Assembly: GCA_050298055.1 (NCBI GenBank)
Contig: JBNKTL010000004.1
Span: 81,335 to 145,334 of the forward strand
DNA length: 64,000 nt
DNA from: Spirochaetota bacterium
GTDB lineage: Bacteria; Spirochaetota; UBA4802; UBA5550
Direction of reading: 5' to 3'
Part shown: piece after piece, positions 18,555-29,517 of the stretch
Layout of the letters: each line of letters opens with the position of its first letter
Position numbering within the stretch: position 1 is the first letter of the stretch
Program-made: the position numbers and the translations under genes
The notes under the pieces: generated by a model
What the model saw: the letters and a program-made list of their open reading frames with translations, nothing else
Database searches by the model: none
What the model was told of the DNA's origin: nothing

Positions 18555-20414
18555 TTATGGCAGGTTATCTTCGAGAAGTCTCAATTCATCGTTGAATTTG
18601 CTGTTAAGGTTTTCCTGCAGGTCGGTAAGTTCTTCCAGTTCAGTGTAGAGCCGGTTGATGGTGTTTCCTGTTTCATGTATCTTCTTTGAGAGTTCACTTA
18701 TCTTTTTCCCGTCCCCTGATGAAGAAAGTTCTATCATCCTGTTGTTGAGGCTGTCCAGCGTTGTTTCGTTCTTTTCAATGTCATATTCAACTTTTGCGAT
18801 CTTTTCTTCAACGGGCTTGAGTTCCCCGGACTTCCTGCTGAGGACATGGGCCCTCTGCTTTCTCAGGTCCTTTTTGCTGATGTTCCCTCTTCTCTCATCA
18901 ACCGGTTCCGGTTGACCGGATGGTTTCAGTTTTTCACTCTCCCATCCCACCCTGTTCAGAAAGTCGCTATATGCCCCTTCGAAAAGTATTGTCTCTTCGT
19001 CCCGGAACACGATAAACCTCTCCGCAAGGGAGTTGAGAAACATCTCGTTATGCGTTACAATGATGACGGCACCGGGAAAGTCATCTATGGCGGCAAGGAA
19101 AGCGTCGCATGATTCCATGTCCAGGTGGTTTGTGGGCTCGTCCAGGAGCAGGAGATTTGACGGAGATGCAAGGAGCTTGCCCAGGAGGACCCTGCATTTT
19201 TCCCCTCCTGAAAGTACCGAGATCTTCTTCAGCGCATCATCGCCCTCAAACATCATGGCCCCCGCGATATTTCGTGCCTGCTGCCTGGGGGCCCCGGTCT
19301 GCATTATCTCCTCTTCGATTGTCAGTGAATGGTTCAGTTTTTCCGTATTGGTCTGCGCGTAGTATCCCATGGATGTGTTGGAGTGTGTGTGGATGTTCCC
19401 TTTCAGGGGTGAGAGCTCTCCGGCAAGGAGCCTCAGCAGCGTGGTCTTCCCCCTGCCGTTTTTCCCGATTACGCATATCCTGTCATGCTTTCCCACGGTT
19501 ATGTTCAGGTCTTTTATGAGAGGGGGAGTGTCCTTCTCATATGAAAAGGTGATTTCCCCGCCACTCATTACGGTTCTGGCATTGAAGTCCCTGTAGGCGA
19601 AGGAGAACTCCAGGTTCTTGATGCTTTCAAGCTTTTCCAGGTGCTCCTTTTTCTCAAGGGCTTTTATCCGTGACTGAACGAGGCCGGCAAGACGTGCCTT
19701 GGCCCTGAACCTGTTTATGAAAATCTCCGCCTCCTTTCTTTTCTTCTCATCGTTGAGCCGGGTTTTCTCATGTATCTCCTCTTCCCTGGCAAGCTGCTCG
19801 TAGAGCTTTTCCGTGGTACCGGTTATTTTTCTTATCTTCTTTCTGTGTATACCCAGGATATGGGTCACCACAGAGTCCATGAATCCCCTGTCGTGGGTGA
19901 TCAGTATCATCTCCCTCTCCCACTTTTTCAGGAAGTTCTTGAGCCACCTTATTGAGAGGATATCCAGAAAGTTTGTTGGCTCGTCCAGGAGGAGCATATC
20001 CGGCTCTGACCCCAGGACCTTTCCCAGGTTGAGCCTTATCTGGTATCCCCCGGAGAGTTCATGGGGGTCCCTTTCCAGGTCTTCCGAGGTGAATCCCAGC
20101 CCAAAGAGGATCTTCTCTATCCGCCAGGAGTCGTCTTTCTGCCACTCCGGGAGTTCCCGGCATCCCTCTTCAAGGACTGTCTTCCCGGAAAACCGGATCT
20201 CCTGTTTCAGATAGCCTATCCTGTAATCCCCGGGGATAACGATCTCGCCGGAATCGGGATGGTCGCTGCCGGTTATTATTCTAAAAAGGGTCGACTTCCC
20301 GTGGCCGTTTCTCCCGGTGAGGCCGATTTTTTCTCCCCTGTTTATCTGGAAACCGGTGTCATCAAAAAGTCCCTGATTTCCGAATGATTTTGAAAGGTTT
20401 ATTGCTTTGATCAT
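18555..20414 (-). CDS. ABC-F family ATP-binding protein
   Basis: Two ABC domains (GRNGHGKST/LSGG/LLLDEPTN; GKNGRGKTT/LSGGE/LLLDEPTN), linker, C-terminal coiled coil, no TM segments. Start at MIKAINL. Confidence 0.95.
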   Translation of the reverse strand: MIKAINLSKSFGNQGLFDDTGFQINRGEKIGLTGRNGHGKSTLFRIITGSDHPDSGEIVIPGDYRIGYLKQEIRFSGKTVLEEGCRELPEWQKDDSWRIEKILFGLGFTSEDLERDPHELSGGYQIRLNLGKVLGSEPDMLLLDEPTNFLDILSIRWLKNFLKKWEREMILITHDRGFMDSVVTHILGIHRKKIRKITGTTEKLYEQLAREEEIHEKTRLNDEKKRKEAEIFINRFRAKARLAGLVQSRIKALEKKEHLEKLESIKNLEFSFAYRDFNARTVMSGGEITFSYEKDTPPLIKDLNITVGKHDRICVIGKNGRGKTTLLRLLAGELSPLKGNIHTHSNTSMGYYAQTNTEKLNHSLTIEEEIMQTGAPRQQARNIAGAMMFEGDDALKKISVLSGGEKCRVLLGKLLASPSNLLLLDEPTNHLDMESCDAFLAAIDDFPGAVIIVTHNEMFLNSLAERFIVFRDEETILFEGAYSDFLNRVGWESEKLKPSGQPEPVDERRGNISKKDLRKQRAHVLSRKSGELKPVEEKIAKVEYDIEKNETTLDSLNNRMIELSSSGDGKKISELSKKIHETGNTINRLYTELEELTDLQENLNSKFNDELRLLEDNLP

Positions 20415-20715
20415 TTTCTTTTGGTAGCTATTTAACTCTCTGACTATAATTAATGTCAATTAATGCCGGCAGGTTTTTTTTTCAATGAATAAATGATTTT
20501 TCACGGGTTATCACCCACAAGGGGATTTTTGTCCGGGGGACCCGGACCTGGAAGAGTGTAAAGGGGCATCAACGCTCCTCGAAGGCGGGGTGAGGCATCT
20601 CATTATGGTAAAAATTTATTCCCCGAAAAAACAGAAAGTCCTTTTCTCTTTTATAAAAAAATATTAAAGTGCATCCTGTAGCTTCTTAAGAATAAAGAGT
20701 TTAGCAAAGGAAACA

Positions 20716-21213
20716 ATGATCAGTCCCTGCGAAGAGAAAGACTTTTATGAAATCCATGCCATTATTAATAATGCAGCCTCCGCATATAAAGGAGTAATCC
20801 CCGAAGACATGTGGAAGGACCCTTACATGTCCGAGGAGGAACTGCGCCGGGAGATCCGGAGCGGGGTGGAGTTCTGGGGATACTCTGAGGGTGATTGGCT
20901 CATGGGAGTCATGGGGATACAGGACGTTAAGGATGTGACCCTCATCAGGCACGCCTATGTGAGGACCGAACGGAGGCGGAAGGGGATCGGCGGCAGGCTC
21001 CTGGGGGAGCTTCTGAAAAAGACAGAGAAGCCCGTACTCATAGGGACCTGGGCGGACGCGGTCTGGGCCATTGACTTCTATAAGAAGTTCGGGTTCAGGA
21101 AGGTGAGTGACAGGGAGAAGGACATCCTCCTCAGAAGGTACTGGCCCATCCCCGAAAGGCAGGTTGAGACCTCGGTGGTGCTGGCAGATGAGAGGCTGGG
21201 AGAGGTGGTGTGA
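20716..21213 (+). CDS. GNAT family N-acetyltransferase
   Basis: LIRHAYVRTERRRKGIGGRLL (motif A) and WAIDFYKKFGF. Confidence 0.9.
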   Translation: MISPCEEKDFYEIHAIINNAASAYKGVIPEDMWKDPYMSEEELRREIRSGVEFWGYSEGDWLMGVMGIQDVKDVTLIRHAYVRTERRRKGIGGRLLGELLKKTEKPVLIGTWADAVWAIDFYKKFGFRKVSDREKDILLRRYWPIPERQVETSVVLADERLGEVV

Positions 21214-21225
21214 TCATTTTCCGCT

Positions 21226-21882
21226 TCAGATCTTTCCCTCCATTTCGTCTTTCAGCCTGCTGAAAAAGGTCTCCATGAACCTGTGCCTTTCCTCAGCCAG
21301 TTTTTTCCCGTGGTCCGTAAGCATCTTGTCTTTAATATGTCTCAGCTTGAACATATACTCCCTGTATGCCGAGTCTTCCCGGCTGTAAGCCTCGGTCGCG
21401 TGGATGTTTTCTGTGCTGTTGTGGAGCCGCGCACCGATCTCCCCGGAAAAGAGGAAGGCCCTGCCGATACCTGTTGCGCCGATTGAGTCGAGCTTGTCGG
21501 CATCGTAGAGTATCCGGGCTTCAATTGTTTCCGGCGGGTGGCTGTTCCTGTACCGGTGCGTGAGGATGCAGTGGGATATTTTTTCGATCCTTTCCCGGTG
21601 GAGGCCGATCCCTTCCAGGAACTCTGCGGCTATCCTGCTTCCCAGCTCCGCGTGACAGAGCCTGCCGTTTTCCGTGTTTTCATCTTCCCGGGCCACATCG
21701 TGGAGGATGGCGGCCACCTTTACGATAAACCTGTCGGCACCCCCTTCTGTCTCCGCGATGATATCAGCCGTCTTTATGACCCGCTCAACATGGTCCCAGC
21801 CGTGGCTGGAGTGATACTTCTTCATCCTGTTCCTGGCAAAGTCTTCCGACTGCCGGATAATTTCGGCTTCCGTGGCGGCCAT
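21226..21882 (-). CDS. HD domain phosphohydrolase (YedJ-like)
   Basis: SHGWDHVERV, AAILHDV, HAELG, THRY, LYDADKLDSIGATGIGR. Confidence 0.92.
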   Translation of the reverse strand: MAATEAEIIRQSEDFARNRMKKYHSSHGWDHVERVIKTADIIAETEGGADRFIVKVAAILHDVAREDENTENGRLCHAELGSRIAAEFLEGIGLHRERIEKISHCILTHRYRNSHPPETIEARILYDADKLDSIGATGIGRAFLFSGEIGARLHNSTENIHATEAYSREDSAYREYMFKLRHIKDKMLTDHGKKLAEERHRFMETFFSRLKDEMEGKI

Positions 21883-23678
21883 CAGTCGATCTTCAATATA
21901 CTTAAGAATGCTTCCTGGGGCAGTTCCACGGAACCCACCATCTTCATCCGCTTCTTTCCCTCTTTCTGCTTTTCTAAAAGTTTCCTTTTCCGGGTGATGT
22001 CACCGCCGTAGCACTTGGCCGTAACATCCTTTCTCATGGCCGAGATGTTCTCCCGGGCGATGATCTTGGCGCCGATTGCCGCCTGGAGGGGGATCTTGAA
22101 CTGGTGGCGGGGTATAATGTCCTTGAGTTTTTTGATGATGTCCTTGCCCCGCTGGTACGCCTTCTCATCGTGTACGATAAAGGAGAGGGCGTCCACCGGT
22201 TCGCCGTTGACCAGGATATCCACCTTGACCATCTTCCCCGGCCTGAAGTCCTTGATCTCGTAGTCGAAGGAGGCGTAGCCCCGTGTCATGGACTTGAGCT
22301 TATCATAGAAGTTGAAGACGATCTCGGCAAGGGGTATCTCGTAGGTGAGCTGAACCCTCCGGGTGTCAATATACTCCATGTTGAGATGGATCCCCCTGCT
22401 CTCCGTGACAACCTGCATGATGTTCCCGATATAATCACTGGGAGTGACAATGGCGGCTGTCACATAGGGTTCCTCGATCCTCTCGATCGTCCCGGGATCG
22501 GGCATGTTCACCGGGTTGTCGATGACAAGGGTTTCCCCGTTGAGCTTTATCACATGATATTCAACGCTGGGGGATGTGGTGACAAGGGAGAGGTCGAATT
22601 CCCGTTCAAGCCTCTCCTGGACAATCTCCATGTGGAGAAGGCCAAGATATCCGCACCTGAACCCGAACCCCAGGGCGTATGAGTTCTCCGGTTCAAAGAG
22701 GAGGGAGGCATCGTTTAACCGGAGTTTGTAGAGGGCCTCTTTCAGGTCTTCGTAATCATCGCTGTACATGGGGTAGAGCCCGGAAAAAACCATTGACTTG
22801 GCTTCCTTGAATCCCTTCAGGGGTTCAGGAGTGGGACGGGAGGCAAGGGTGACCGTGTCGCCGATCTTTGTGTCAACAACCGATTTTATTCCCGCTACAA
22901 TGTAGCCCACGTCTCCCGGTTCAAGAGACTCCCTCTTTTCAAGATCTATCCGGAACACTCCCACGTCCGTAACGGTGAACTCCTTCCCCGTTGACATCAT
23001 CTTTATGACGTCATTTTTTTTCACGCAGCCGTCAAAGATCCTGACCTTGATAATAGCGCCAAGGTACTGGTCGAAAAACGAGTCAAAGATAAGGGCCTTC
23101 AGGGGGCCCTCTTTGCTGCCCCGGGGCGGAGGGATAATTTCGATTATCTTTTCAAGAAGTTCATCAACCCCGGTCCCCAGTTTTGCCGAGGTATGTACGG
23201 CGATTTCCGGGTCCAGTCCCAGGCTTTTATCGATGCTCTCCTCTGTCATTTTAATATCGGCGCTGGGCATATCTATTTTGTTTATCACGGGGAGGATTTC
23301 CAGGTCATTGTCAAGGGCGAGATAGAAGTTGGCAATAGTCTGGGCCTCAACACCCTGGGAGGCATCAACAAGGAGGAGTACCCCGTCACAGGACGTCAGG
23401 GCCCGGGAGACCTCGTATGTAAAATCCACATGTCCCGGTGTGTCGATGAGGTTGAAGATATAATCCTCACCGCTTTTTGATTTATAGTTCAGTGTAATGG
23501 CATTTGATTTGATGGTTATCCCTCTTTCCCTCTCAAGGTCCATTGTGTCGAGGATCTGGTCCTTCTGTTCACGGGAAGTGAGGAGACTGCATTTTTCTAT
23601 GATCCTGTCGGCAAGGGTGGATTTTCCGTGGTCGATATGGGCAATTATGGAAAAGTTTCTTATATGGTCTAGGTCCAT
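21882..23678 (-). CDS. lepA: Translation elongation factor 4
   Basis: [38 protein letters not shown]-terminal [30 protein letters not shown]. Confidence 0.98.
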   Translation of the reverse strand: MDLDHIRNFSIIAHIDHGKSTLADRIIEKCSLLTSREQKDQILDTMDLERERGITIKSNAITLNYKSKSGEDYIFNLIDTPGHVDFTYEVSRALTSCDGVLLLVDASQGVEAQTIANFYLALDNDLEILPVINKIDMPSADIKMTEESIDKSLGLDPEIAVHTSAKLGTGVDELLEKIIEIIPPPRGSKEGPLKALIFDSFFDQYLGAIIKVRIFDGCVKKNDVIKMMSTGKEFTVTDVGVFRIDLEKRESLEPGDVGYIVAGIKSVVDTKIGDTVTLASRPTPEPLKGFKEAKSMVFSGLYPMYSDDYEDLKEALYKLRLNDASLLFEPENSYALGFGFRCGYLGLLHMEIVQERLEREFDLSLVTTSPSVEYHVIKLNGETLVIDNPVNMPDPGTIERIEEPYVTAAIVTPSDYIGNIMQVVTESRGIHLNMEYIDTRRVQLTYEIPLAEIVFNFYDKLKSMTRGYASFDYEIKDFRPGKMVKVDILVNGEPVDALSFIVHDEKAYQRGKDIIKKLKDIIPRHQFKIPLQAAIGAKIIARENISAMRKDVTAKCYGGDITRKRKLLEKQKEGKKRMKMVGSVELPQEAFLSILKID

Positions 23679-23955
23679 CTCCGGTCCCGGTCCTCTTTGT
23701 TTAAGTTTCTTAACATTTGTAATTACTCAGTTGAGTGATGACAATTTACGTATTATTATAAATAATACTATTTCCCCGTAAACATGATTCTTATACTAAG
23801 ATTGAGTCGTTACTATTTTGAATCAGGGAATAATCCGGCATTGTATTAGGCAAGTACTTTTTATGAGGTGTAATAAAATCAGTAACAATTCAATAACCTG
23901 AATCATTTCTTAAATCTTTGTTAAGATTTGTGGAAATAATACAGCTAAAATCGAT

Positions 23956-25350
23956 TTATGTAAGCTTCCGTGCCACAATAATCGTAAGGTCGTCATTCAG
24001 CAGGTCCCTGTCAATAAATGAGTAAAAATTTTTCAGTATATGGTCCAGTATTTCATGGGACGTTTCGCCTTTCGCGCTGTTCAATGAATTAATCAGGCGG
24101 TTCAGGCCGTAGAATTCATTCTGACTGTTCATGCTCTCGATTAAACAATCTGAATATGCAAAGAGAATGTCGTCTTTTTCAATATCAAAACTTACCGTGC
24201 TGTAGTATATTCCCTTGTTAAAGATTCCCAGGGGTTTTCCTTTTACCGATTCCTCGTCTATAGCCAGAATTTTAACACTGTCGCTGCCCTGCTTTTTATA
24301 CAGAAGATCGGGATGCCCGGCGTTGGCGTATTCTACCCTGTTGCCATTCAACCTGAGGATCAGGCCGGTAATATAATTGTCGAGATCTCCAATCTCATCA
24401 AACATCATATCATTGATCCTGCTTAATGCCGCACCCAGCTGAATGCTGTTCATTCTCCTGAAGATCCTGTAAATCATGGGTTTGGCAAACATGGTAATAA
24501 GCCCCGAGGATACACCGTGGCCCGAGACGTCAAAGAGTGACAGCCCGCTGAGCTTTTCTCCGTTATAGTAAAAGTCGTAAAAATCACCGGAAAGACCCAT
24601 AAGGGGTTTGAATGTCAATGCAATGTCCCATCCGGAGGAGTCTTTGGGGATGCCGGGGAATATTGAAGACTGGACATTTGAAGCAAGCTCCATGTCTACT
24701 ACGGCAGATTCATGAAATGCTTCGAGTTTTGAATTGACCTGTAAAAGGTCCCGGTTCATCTTTTCAAGGGTTTTCTTTGCCGATTTTACCGTCTCCTGTT
24801 TCTGGGTTGCTTTTTGAGAAATAAAGATAATTGCAAGAAAGGAGGGGAAAAAACACGCAATAAAGAAAAATTCGTTCTTTAAAAATCCTGACTGCCTCCC
24901 GTAAACAATGGCATAATATGAAACAGAAGCCTGTATCAAGGATGCTCCAAGAGACAATACTGCTGTCTGCCAGAGCATGGAAAATGAAAGGACAAATGTC
25001 AGGGCCACCAGCGCAAAGATGAGACCCAGTATTCTGATTTCATGAAGGCTGTATATCCAGAAAGTATACATGATAAAAAAAAGCCCCAGCTGGAGAAAAT
25101 AGATGAGCCTGATAAACCTTTCTGTGATCTGGGACTTCAGGTGAGCCATGAAAATAAAAATTATTGTGCCTGAGATGACCACTATGTAGAGATAAATGAT
25201 TTGTCTGTAGCTTATGCTTGTAAGATTAAGGATTTTCGCTGAGAGAGTGGCGATCAGTGAGATTATATAACCGGTTAAAACAGAAAAACAGATGATAAAT
25301 AACCTGTTTTTTCTCTTCCTGTTGACTTCCGGTGTTAATTTTTTTTCCAT
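23956..25350 (-). CDS. Membrane-anchored PP2C/SpoIIE (RsbU-like) serine phosphatase
   Basis: About six TM helices, then SGDFYDF, FDVSGHGVSSGL, YANAGHP, YSDCLIE, DDLTII. Confidence 0.92.
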   Translation of the reverse strand: MEKKLTPEVNRKRKNRLFIICFSVLTGYIISLIATLSAKILNLTSISYRQIIYLYIVVISGTIIFIFMAHLKSQITERFIRLIYFLQLGLFFIMYTFWIYSLHEIRILGLIFALVALTFVLSFSMLWQTAVLSLGASLIQASVSYYAIVYGRQSGFLKNEFFFIACFFPSFLAIIFISQKATQKQETVKSAKKTLEKMNRDLLQVNSKLEAFHESAVVDMELASNVQSSIFPGIPKDSSGWDIALTFKPLMGLSGDFYDFYYNGEKLSGLSLFDVSGHGVSSGLITMFAKPMIYRIFRRMNSIQLGAALSRINDMMFDEIGDLDNYITGLILRLNGNRVEYANAGHPDLLYKKQGSDSVKILAIDEESVKGKPLGIFNKGIYYSTVSFDIEKDDILFAYSDCLIESMNSQNEFYGLNRLINSLNSAKGETSHEILDHILKNFYSFIDRDLLNDDLTIIVARKLT

Positions 25351-25502
25351 TTAACTCTCTTTGAGAAGTAAAGGAGCAATGTGCAGAGGTTTCCTTTTCT
25401 CTTTAATGTTGTTTAAGTATACAGCAAATTAGTTATTTATGCAATTTATTTTTATGGGAACCTCTATAAATTAATTTTAGTATTTATAATGAATGCTCCC
25501 TC

Positions 25503-26264
25503 TCAAACCGGTTTTTTGAGTATTTCATGGATAATGATTCCCGCAGCCACGGACGCGTTAAGTGAGGATATCTTTCCGGGGAGTTTAACGGAGACGATCA
25601 TATCACACTCCTCTTTTACTATCCGTCTCATGCCCTTTTCTTCGCTTCCGATGACTATGATGAGGGGCCTGTATCCGGCTGCTCCTGAGGGGGGGGTGTC
25701 CCCGTCCCCCGATGTTCCTGCCAGCCAGAACCCGGCTTCCTTTGCCCTGCTGAGAAAACCTGTTGTGTTGTTTACCGTAAGAACAGGGATGTACGCGGTA
25801 GCGCCTGCTGAGGATTTAACCACGGTGGGAGTAATGCCGGGTGAGTGGGATTTTGTTATCATGATCCCGTCGCAGCCCAGGGCCTCGGCGCTCCTTATGA
25901 TGGACCCCACGTTGTGAGGGTCCGTGAGCTGATCGAGGAACACGAGAACGCCTTTGTTATCAGCCGTTTTCCTGAGAAGTGTATCAATATCTTCCTTCCC
26001 TTCATCTCCGCCGGTACCACCGGTTTTTCCCGTACCTGCCAGGGCGACTCCCTGGTGGACCGATGAACTCCCGATTTCAGAAAAAAATTTCTTCTCAGGG
26101 TAGCTTATCTTTATTCCCCTGTTCTTTGCTTCGCTGACTATTGTCCGGATAATTTTTCCGTGGGCATTCCTGTTTATAAAGAGCTCCAGGTTTTTCCCGG
26201 ATACCGCGCTCCTGATGTATTCAAGAACGGGGTTCCGCCCGTAGATTATTTCTTTTTTATCCAC
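25503..26264 (-). CDS. rlmB: 23S rRNA (guanosine-2'-O)-methyltransferase RlmB (TrmH family)
   Basis: IYGRNPV, HQGV, LDQLTDPHNVGSIIRSA, IGSEEKG, SLNASVAAGI; downstream of cysS. Confidence 0.93.
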   Translation of the reverse strand: MDKKEIIYGRNPVLEYIRSAVSGKNLELFINRNAHGKIIRTIVSEAKNRGIKISYPEKKFFSEIGSSSVHQGVALAGTGKTGGTGGDEGKEDIDTLLRKTADNKGVLVFLDQLTDPHNVGSIIRSAEALGCDGIMITKSHSPGITPTVVKSSAGATAYIPVLTVNNTTGFLSRAKEAGFWLAGTSGDGDTPPSGAAGYRPLIIVIGSEEKGMRRIVKEECDMIVSVKLPGKISSLNASVAAGIIIHEILKKPV

Positions 26265-27676
26265 CGTGTACCGTCTTTTGTGTCCTCAAGAACAATTCCT
26301 TCCGCAAGGAGCATCTCCCGTATCTCATCCGCCCTGGCGAAGTCCTTTGCCTTTTTCGCGTCACGCCTCTCCCGGACCAGGTCTTCTATTCTCTTCTCGT
26401 CAACTTCACCGGTTTCTTTTCCCGGGAAGAAGATAAATCCGAAAACAGAATCAATCCGGTTCAGTTCATCAATGATCCGGCTGCTGTCACCGGGAGAGAG
26501 TTTATCCTCCGAAATGAGAGAGTTTATGCTGTGAACAAAGTCGAAGAGTATCCCCAGTCCCCCCGAAATATTCAGGTCATTGTCCACTGTCTCCACAAAG
26601 CTCCGGTTAAAGTCTTCGATGATTTTTTCCAGTTCCGGGTTGTCTCCGGCTGTTGACCTGTTGTCCCTGAGACGGACCACCAGGTTGTCAATTCTCGAAA
26701 GGGCGTGGCCGGCCTGTTCCAGCCCCTGGAGTGTGAAGTTGAGCTGCTTTTTATAGTGGGCGGAGAGCAGGAGGTACCTGATAGATCGTGCCGGGTAACC
26801 CTTTTGGAACAGGTCCCTGAGGGTATAGAAATTCCCTTTTGATTTTGACATCTTCGCTCCATCTACAAGAAGATGTTCAATATGTATCCAGTGCCTGACA
26901 AACTGTTCCCCGTACGCGGCTTCACTCTGGGCAATTTCATTTTCATGGTGGGGAAAAATGAGGTCCACACCTCCCGTATGGATATCGATTGTTGTCCCGA
27001 ATATCTGCCGTACCATGGCGGAGCATTCAATATGCCAGCCCGGTCTTCCGCGCCCCTCTGATATTTCCCACGATACGTCTCTGTCACTCTCCGCTTTCCA
27101 GAGGGCGAAGTCCCTAATGTCATCCTTTTCGTATTCGTCCGTATCGTAACGGAGTCCTGTCTTTATTTCCCTTTTATCAAGCCTGCTCAGTTTCCCGTAG
27201 TCATCAAATTTTGAAATACTGAAATAGAGAGACCCGTCCTTCTCGTAGACGATACCCTTTTCGTCAAGTTTCCGGATAATATCGGACATTGCCTCAATTG
27301 AATCGGTTGCCCGGGGTGTGTGTTCTGTCCGCTGGATGTTCAGGTCGTTGCAGTTCTCCATGAATATATCGGAATATTTTGTAGTATACTCCCTGAGGGA
27401 TATCTTTTCTTCCCTGGCCCCGGCGATTGTCTTGTCATCCACATCGGTAATATTCATGGCATGGTCAACACGGAAGCCCCTGAATTTCAGGTATCTCCTG
27501 AGAAAATCATTAAATACGAAAGTCCGGAAGTTGCCGATATGCGCGTAACTGTACACGGTGGGACCGCATGAGTATATGGTTACCGGGGGGTAATCTTCAA
27601 TTTTCTCTTTCTCAATGCCGCCGGGTATAAGCCTGTCAACGGTTCCGGTAAGTGTGTTGTATATTTTCAGGGTCAC
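26246..27676 (-). CDS. cysS: Cysteine--tRNA ligase
   Basis: CGPTVY, HIGN, GRPGWHIECSAM, HTGGVDLIFPHHENE, KMSKS. Confidence 0.98.
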   Translation of the reverse strand: MTLKIYNTLTGTVDRLIPGGIEKEKIEDYPPVTIYSCGPTVYSYAHIGNFRTFVFNDFLRRYLKFRGFRVDHAMNITDVDDKTIAGAREEKISLREYTTKYSDIFMENCNDLNIQRTEHTPRATDSIEAMSDIIRKLDEKGIVYEKDGSLYFSISKFDDYGKLSRLDKREIKTGLRYDTDEYEKDDIRDFALWKAESDRDVSWEISEGRGRPGWHIECSAMVRQIFGTTIDIHTGGVDLIFPHHENEIAQSEAAYGEQFVRHWIHIEHLLVDGAKMSKSKGNFYTLRDLFQKGYPARSIRYLLLSAHYKKQLNFTLQGLEQAGHALSRIDNLVVRLRDNRSTAGDNPELEKIIEDFNRSFVETVDNDLNISGGLGILFDFVHSINSLISEDKLSPGDSSRIIDELNRIDSVFGFIFFPGKETGEVDEKRIEDLVRERRDAKKAKDFARADEIREMLLAEGIVLEDTKDGTRWIKKK

Positions 27677-27741
27677 GCCATCCAGTCAAAAGTTATCCGC
27701 ACTGTTGTCAAATATTTTTTAAGGTCGGGGATTGCGGTTTT

Positions 27742-28236
27742 CTATTCATTGGGGAGGACGACTTCTTCTACTTCTTCATAAACAGACTCTACGATATCCT
27801 CGGTCTCTGCTGCCGGCCTGAATGTAATATCGGCGGGGATTTCTATTTCGTCGAGCCTCTCCTGGTTTGCGTTGATATAGGCGATGAACATGTGGAGCTT
27901 TTTTATATATTCAATGAGTTCTTTCAGTTTTATATTTTTTCTCTCGATGGTTTTTTTTGATTCTTCCGCGAGTTTTCTGAGTAACACGGTCTGTTTCCTG
28001 AGTTTTGCCTGAAGTGATATGGCAGCATCATAGTATTCCCTGTTGACTTTCTGGAAATCTATTCTGGCAAGAACAACTTCGTCTTTGTCCTTCTCTTTCT
28101 CAATAGATTCAAGGATCTCGTTGAGTTCCTTCATGGAGAAGAGGTCATCGGCGGATGTCTGTATCCATTTCTTGCCCTCTTCATCCGTGAATTCCGTAAG
28201 GTCAGGTATAATATCTCTCTTGATTCCCTTTTTCAT
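27742..28236 (-). CDS. Hypothetical coiled-coil protein
   Basis: 164-aa ORF with coherent composition and a coiled-coil centre; co-oriented with cysS. Confidence 0.65.
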   Translation of the reverse strand: MKKGIKRDIIPDLTEFTDEEGKKWIQTSADDLFSMKELNEILESIEKEKDKDEVVLARIDFQKVNREYYDAAISLQAKLRKQTVLLRKLAEESKKTIERKNIKLKELIEYIKKLHMFIAYINANQERLDEIEIPADITFRPAAETEDIVESVYEEVEEVVLPNE

Positions 28237-28388
28237 AATATTATATAGATACTTCTCTTTCTCTGAATTTCGGCTAATTTTTTATAAAATAATACTTATT
28301 TTTTGTCAATACTTAGTGTTATAATGACTGTTCAATTATATGGATAAAAATATACAGATTCCTGGAAATAATAATAATCTGAACTTTA

Positions 28389-28477
28389 AAATCCCCCGGC
28401 CTTCGGCTCCCCCTTTATTAAAGGGGGAAAGATTGCGGCAAGAGCCCCCCTTTATTAAAGGGGGAGAGGGGGGATTT
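28389..28477. repeat. REP-like palindromic element with two CCCCCTTTATTAAAGGGGG hairpins
   Basis: The palindrome occurs at 28409-28427 and 28446-28464, enclosed by AAATCCCCC...GGGGGATTT. Confidence 0.8.
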
Positions 28478-28555
28478 AATAAGAAAATATTACCTGATTA
28501 TTATTGACAGAAAATTGATGAAAAAAATACTATATTTAATAGCTGAGTAGTCGCG

Positions 28556-29512
28556 TTGAATAATGAGATTATTAATATGATAACTGAAATTAAGTATTCC
28601 GAAGAACTTGTGGACCACCTGGGAAGTCTGGGAACTGCAAGATTCAATGAACCGTTGAAGAATTACACGACGTTTAAATGCGGGGGGAATGCCGATATCC
28701 TTATCTATCCTGAAAAGAGGGAGAATATTTCAAAAATAATCAAGGCGGCATGGGAAGAGAGGGTCCCCGTTACGGTCATTGGCGGAGGCTCAAACCTTCT
28801 TGTCGGTGACAAGGGAATACGGGGTATTGTACTGAGGATAAGCGATGATTCTCTTGTAAGCAGTACCTTGAGTATCCGGGATGACGGTATAATATATGCC
28901 GATGCGTCGGTGCCAAAAGACAAGTTTATCGACTTTGTTATTGAAGCAGGCTATAAGGGGATAGAATTTATGGCCGGTATCCCCGGATCTATGGGCGGTG
29001 GAATTATTATGAATGCGGGAACGGACACAGGTTCTTTTATTGATATCCTCCACAGTGTAAAGATTGTATCCGAAAAAGGGGAAGAGAAGTGCATTTCCGC
29101 AGAGAGTGATATGTCTTCCTACAGGTCATTTGATGCGGGAAAAGGCTCTATTGTTACCGGCGGATATTTCAATCTCAGTAAGACGAACAGTCGGGAAAAT
29201 TTAAGAAAGAGGGTGGATGCCATTCTTCAGGAGAGAAAATTAAAGCATCCTCTGCACCTTCCGTCAGCAGGTTCTGTCTTTAAAAATCCCGAAGGATTTT
29301 CATCATGGAAGTTGATTGATGATGCGGGGCTCAAGTGTAAAAGGATTGGAGGGGCCATGGTTTCGGATATGCATACAAACTTTATTGTAAATGTTGAGAA
29401 TGCTTCGTCAGCCGATATTAAGAGCCTCATTGAGGATATTCAGGAGACAGTCTACAGGATGTTTGAAGTAAAACTTGAAACCGAGATAAGGATGATAGGA
29501 GAATTCAACTGA
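28556..29512 (+). CDS. murB: UDP-N-acetylenolpyruvoylglucosamine reductase
   Basis: TTFKCGGNA, IGGGSNLLV, GIPGSMGGGIIMNAG, PSAGSVFKNP, HTNFIVN, LETEI. True start may be the ATG at 28577. Confidence 0.96.
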   Translation: MNNEIINMITEIKYSEELVDHLGSLGTARFNEPLKNYTTFKCGGNADILIYPEKRENISKIIKAAWEERVPVTVIGGGSNLLVGDKGIRGIVLRISDDSLVSSTLSIRDDGIIYADASVPKDKFIDFVIEAGYKGIEFMAGIPGSMGGGIIMNAGTDTGSFIDILHSVKIVSEKGEEKCISAESDMSSYRSFDAGKGSIVTGGYFNLSKTNSRENLRKRVDAILQERKLKHPLHLPSAGSVFKNPEGFSSWKLIDDAGLKCKRIGGAMVSDMHTNFIVNVENASSADIKSLIEDIQETVYRMFEVKLETEIRMIGEFN

Positions 29513-29517
29513 CAGGT

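Noticed and set aside
20520..20610. GC-rich intergenic stretch with a small hairpin, possible riboswitch or ncRNA
   Set aside because: No match to any riboswitch consensus I can recognise; would need an Rfam/Infernal scan.
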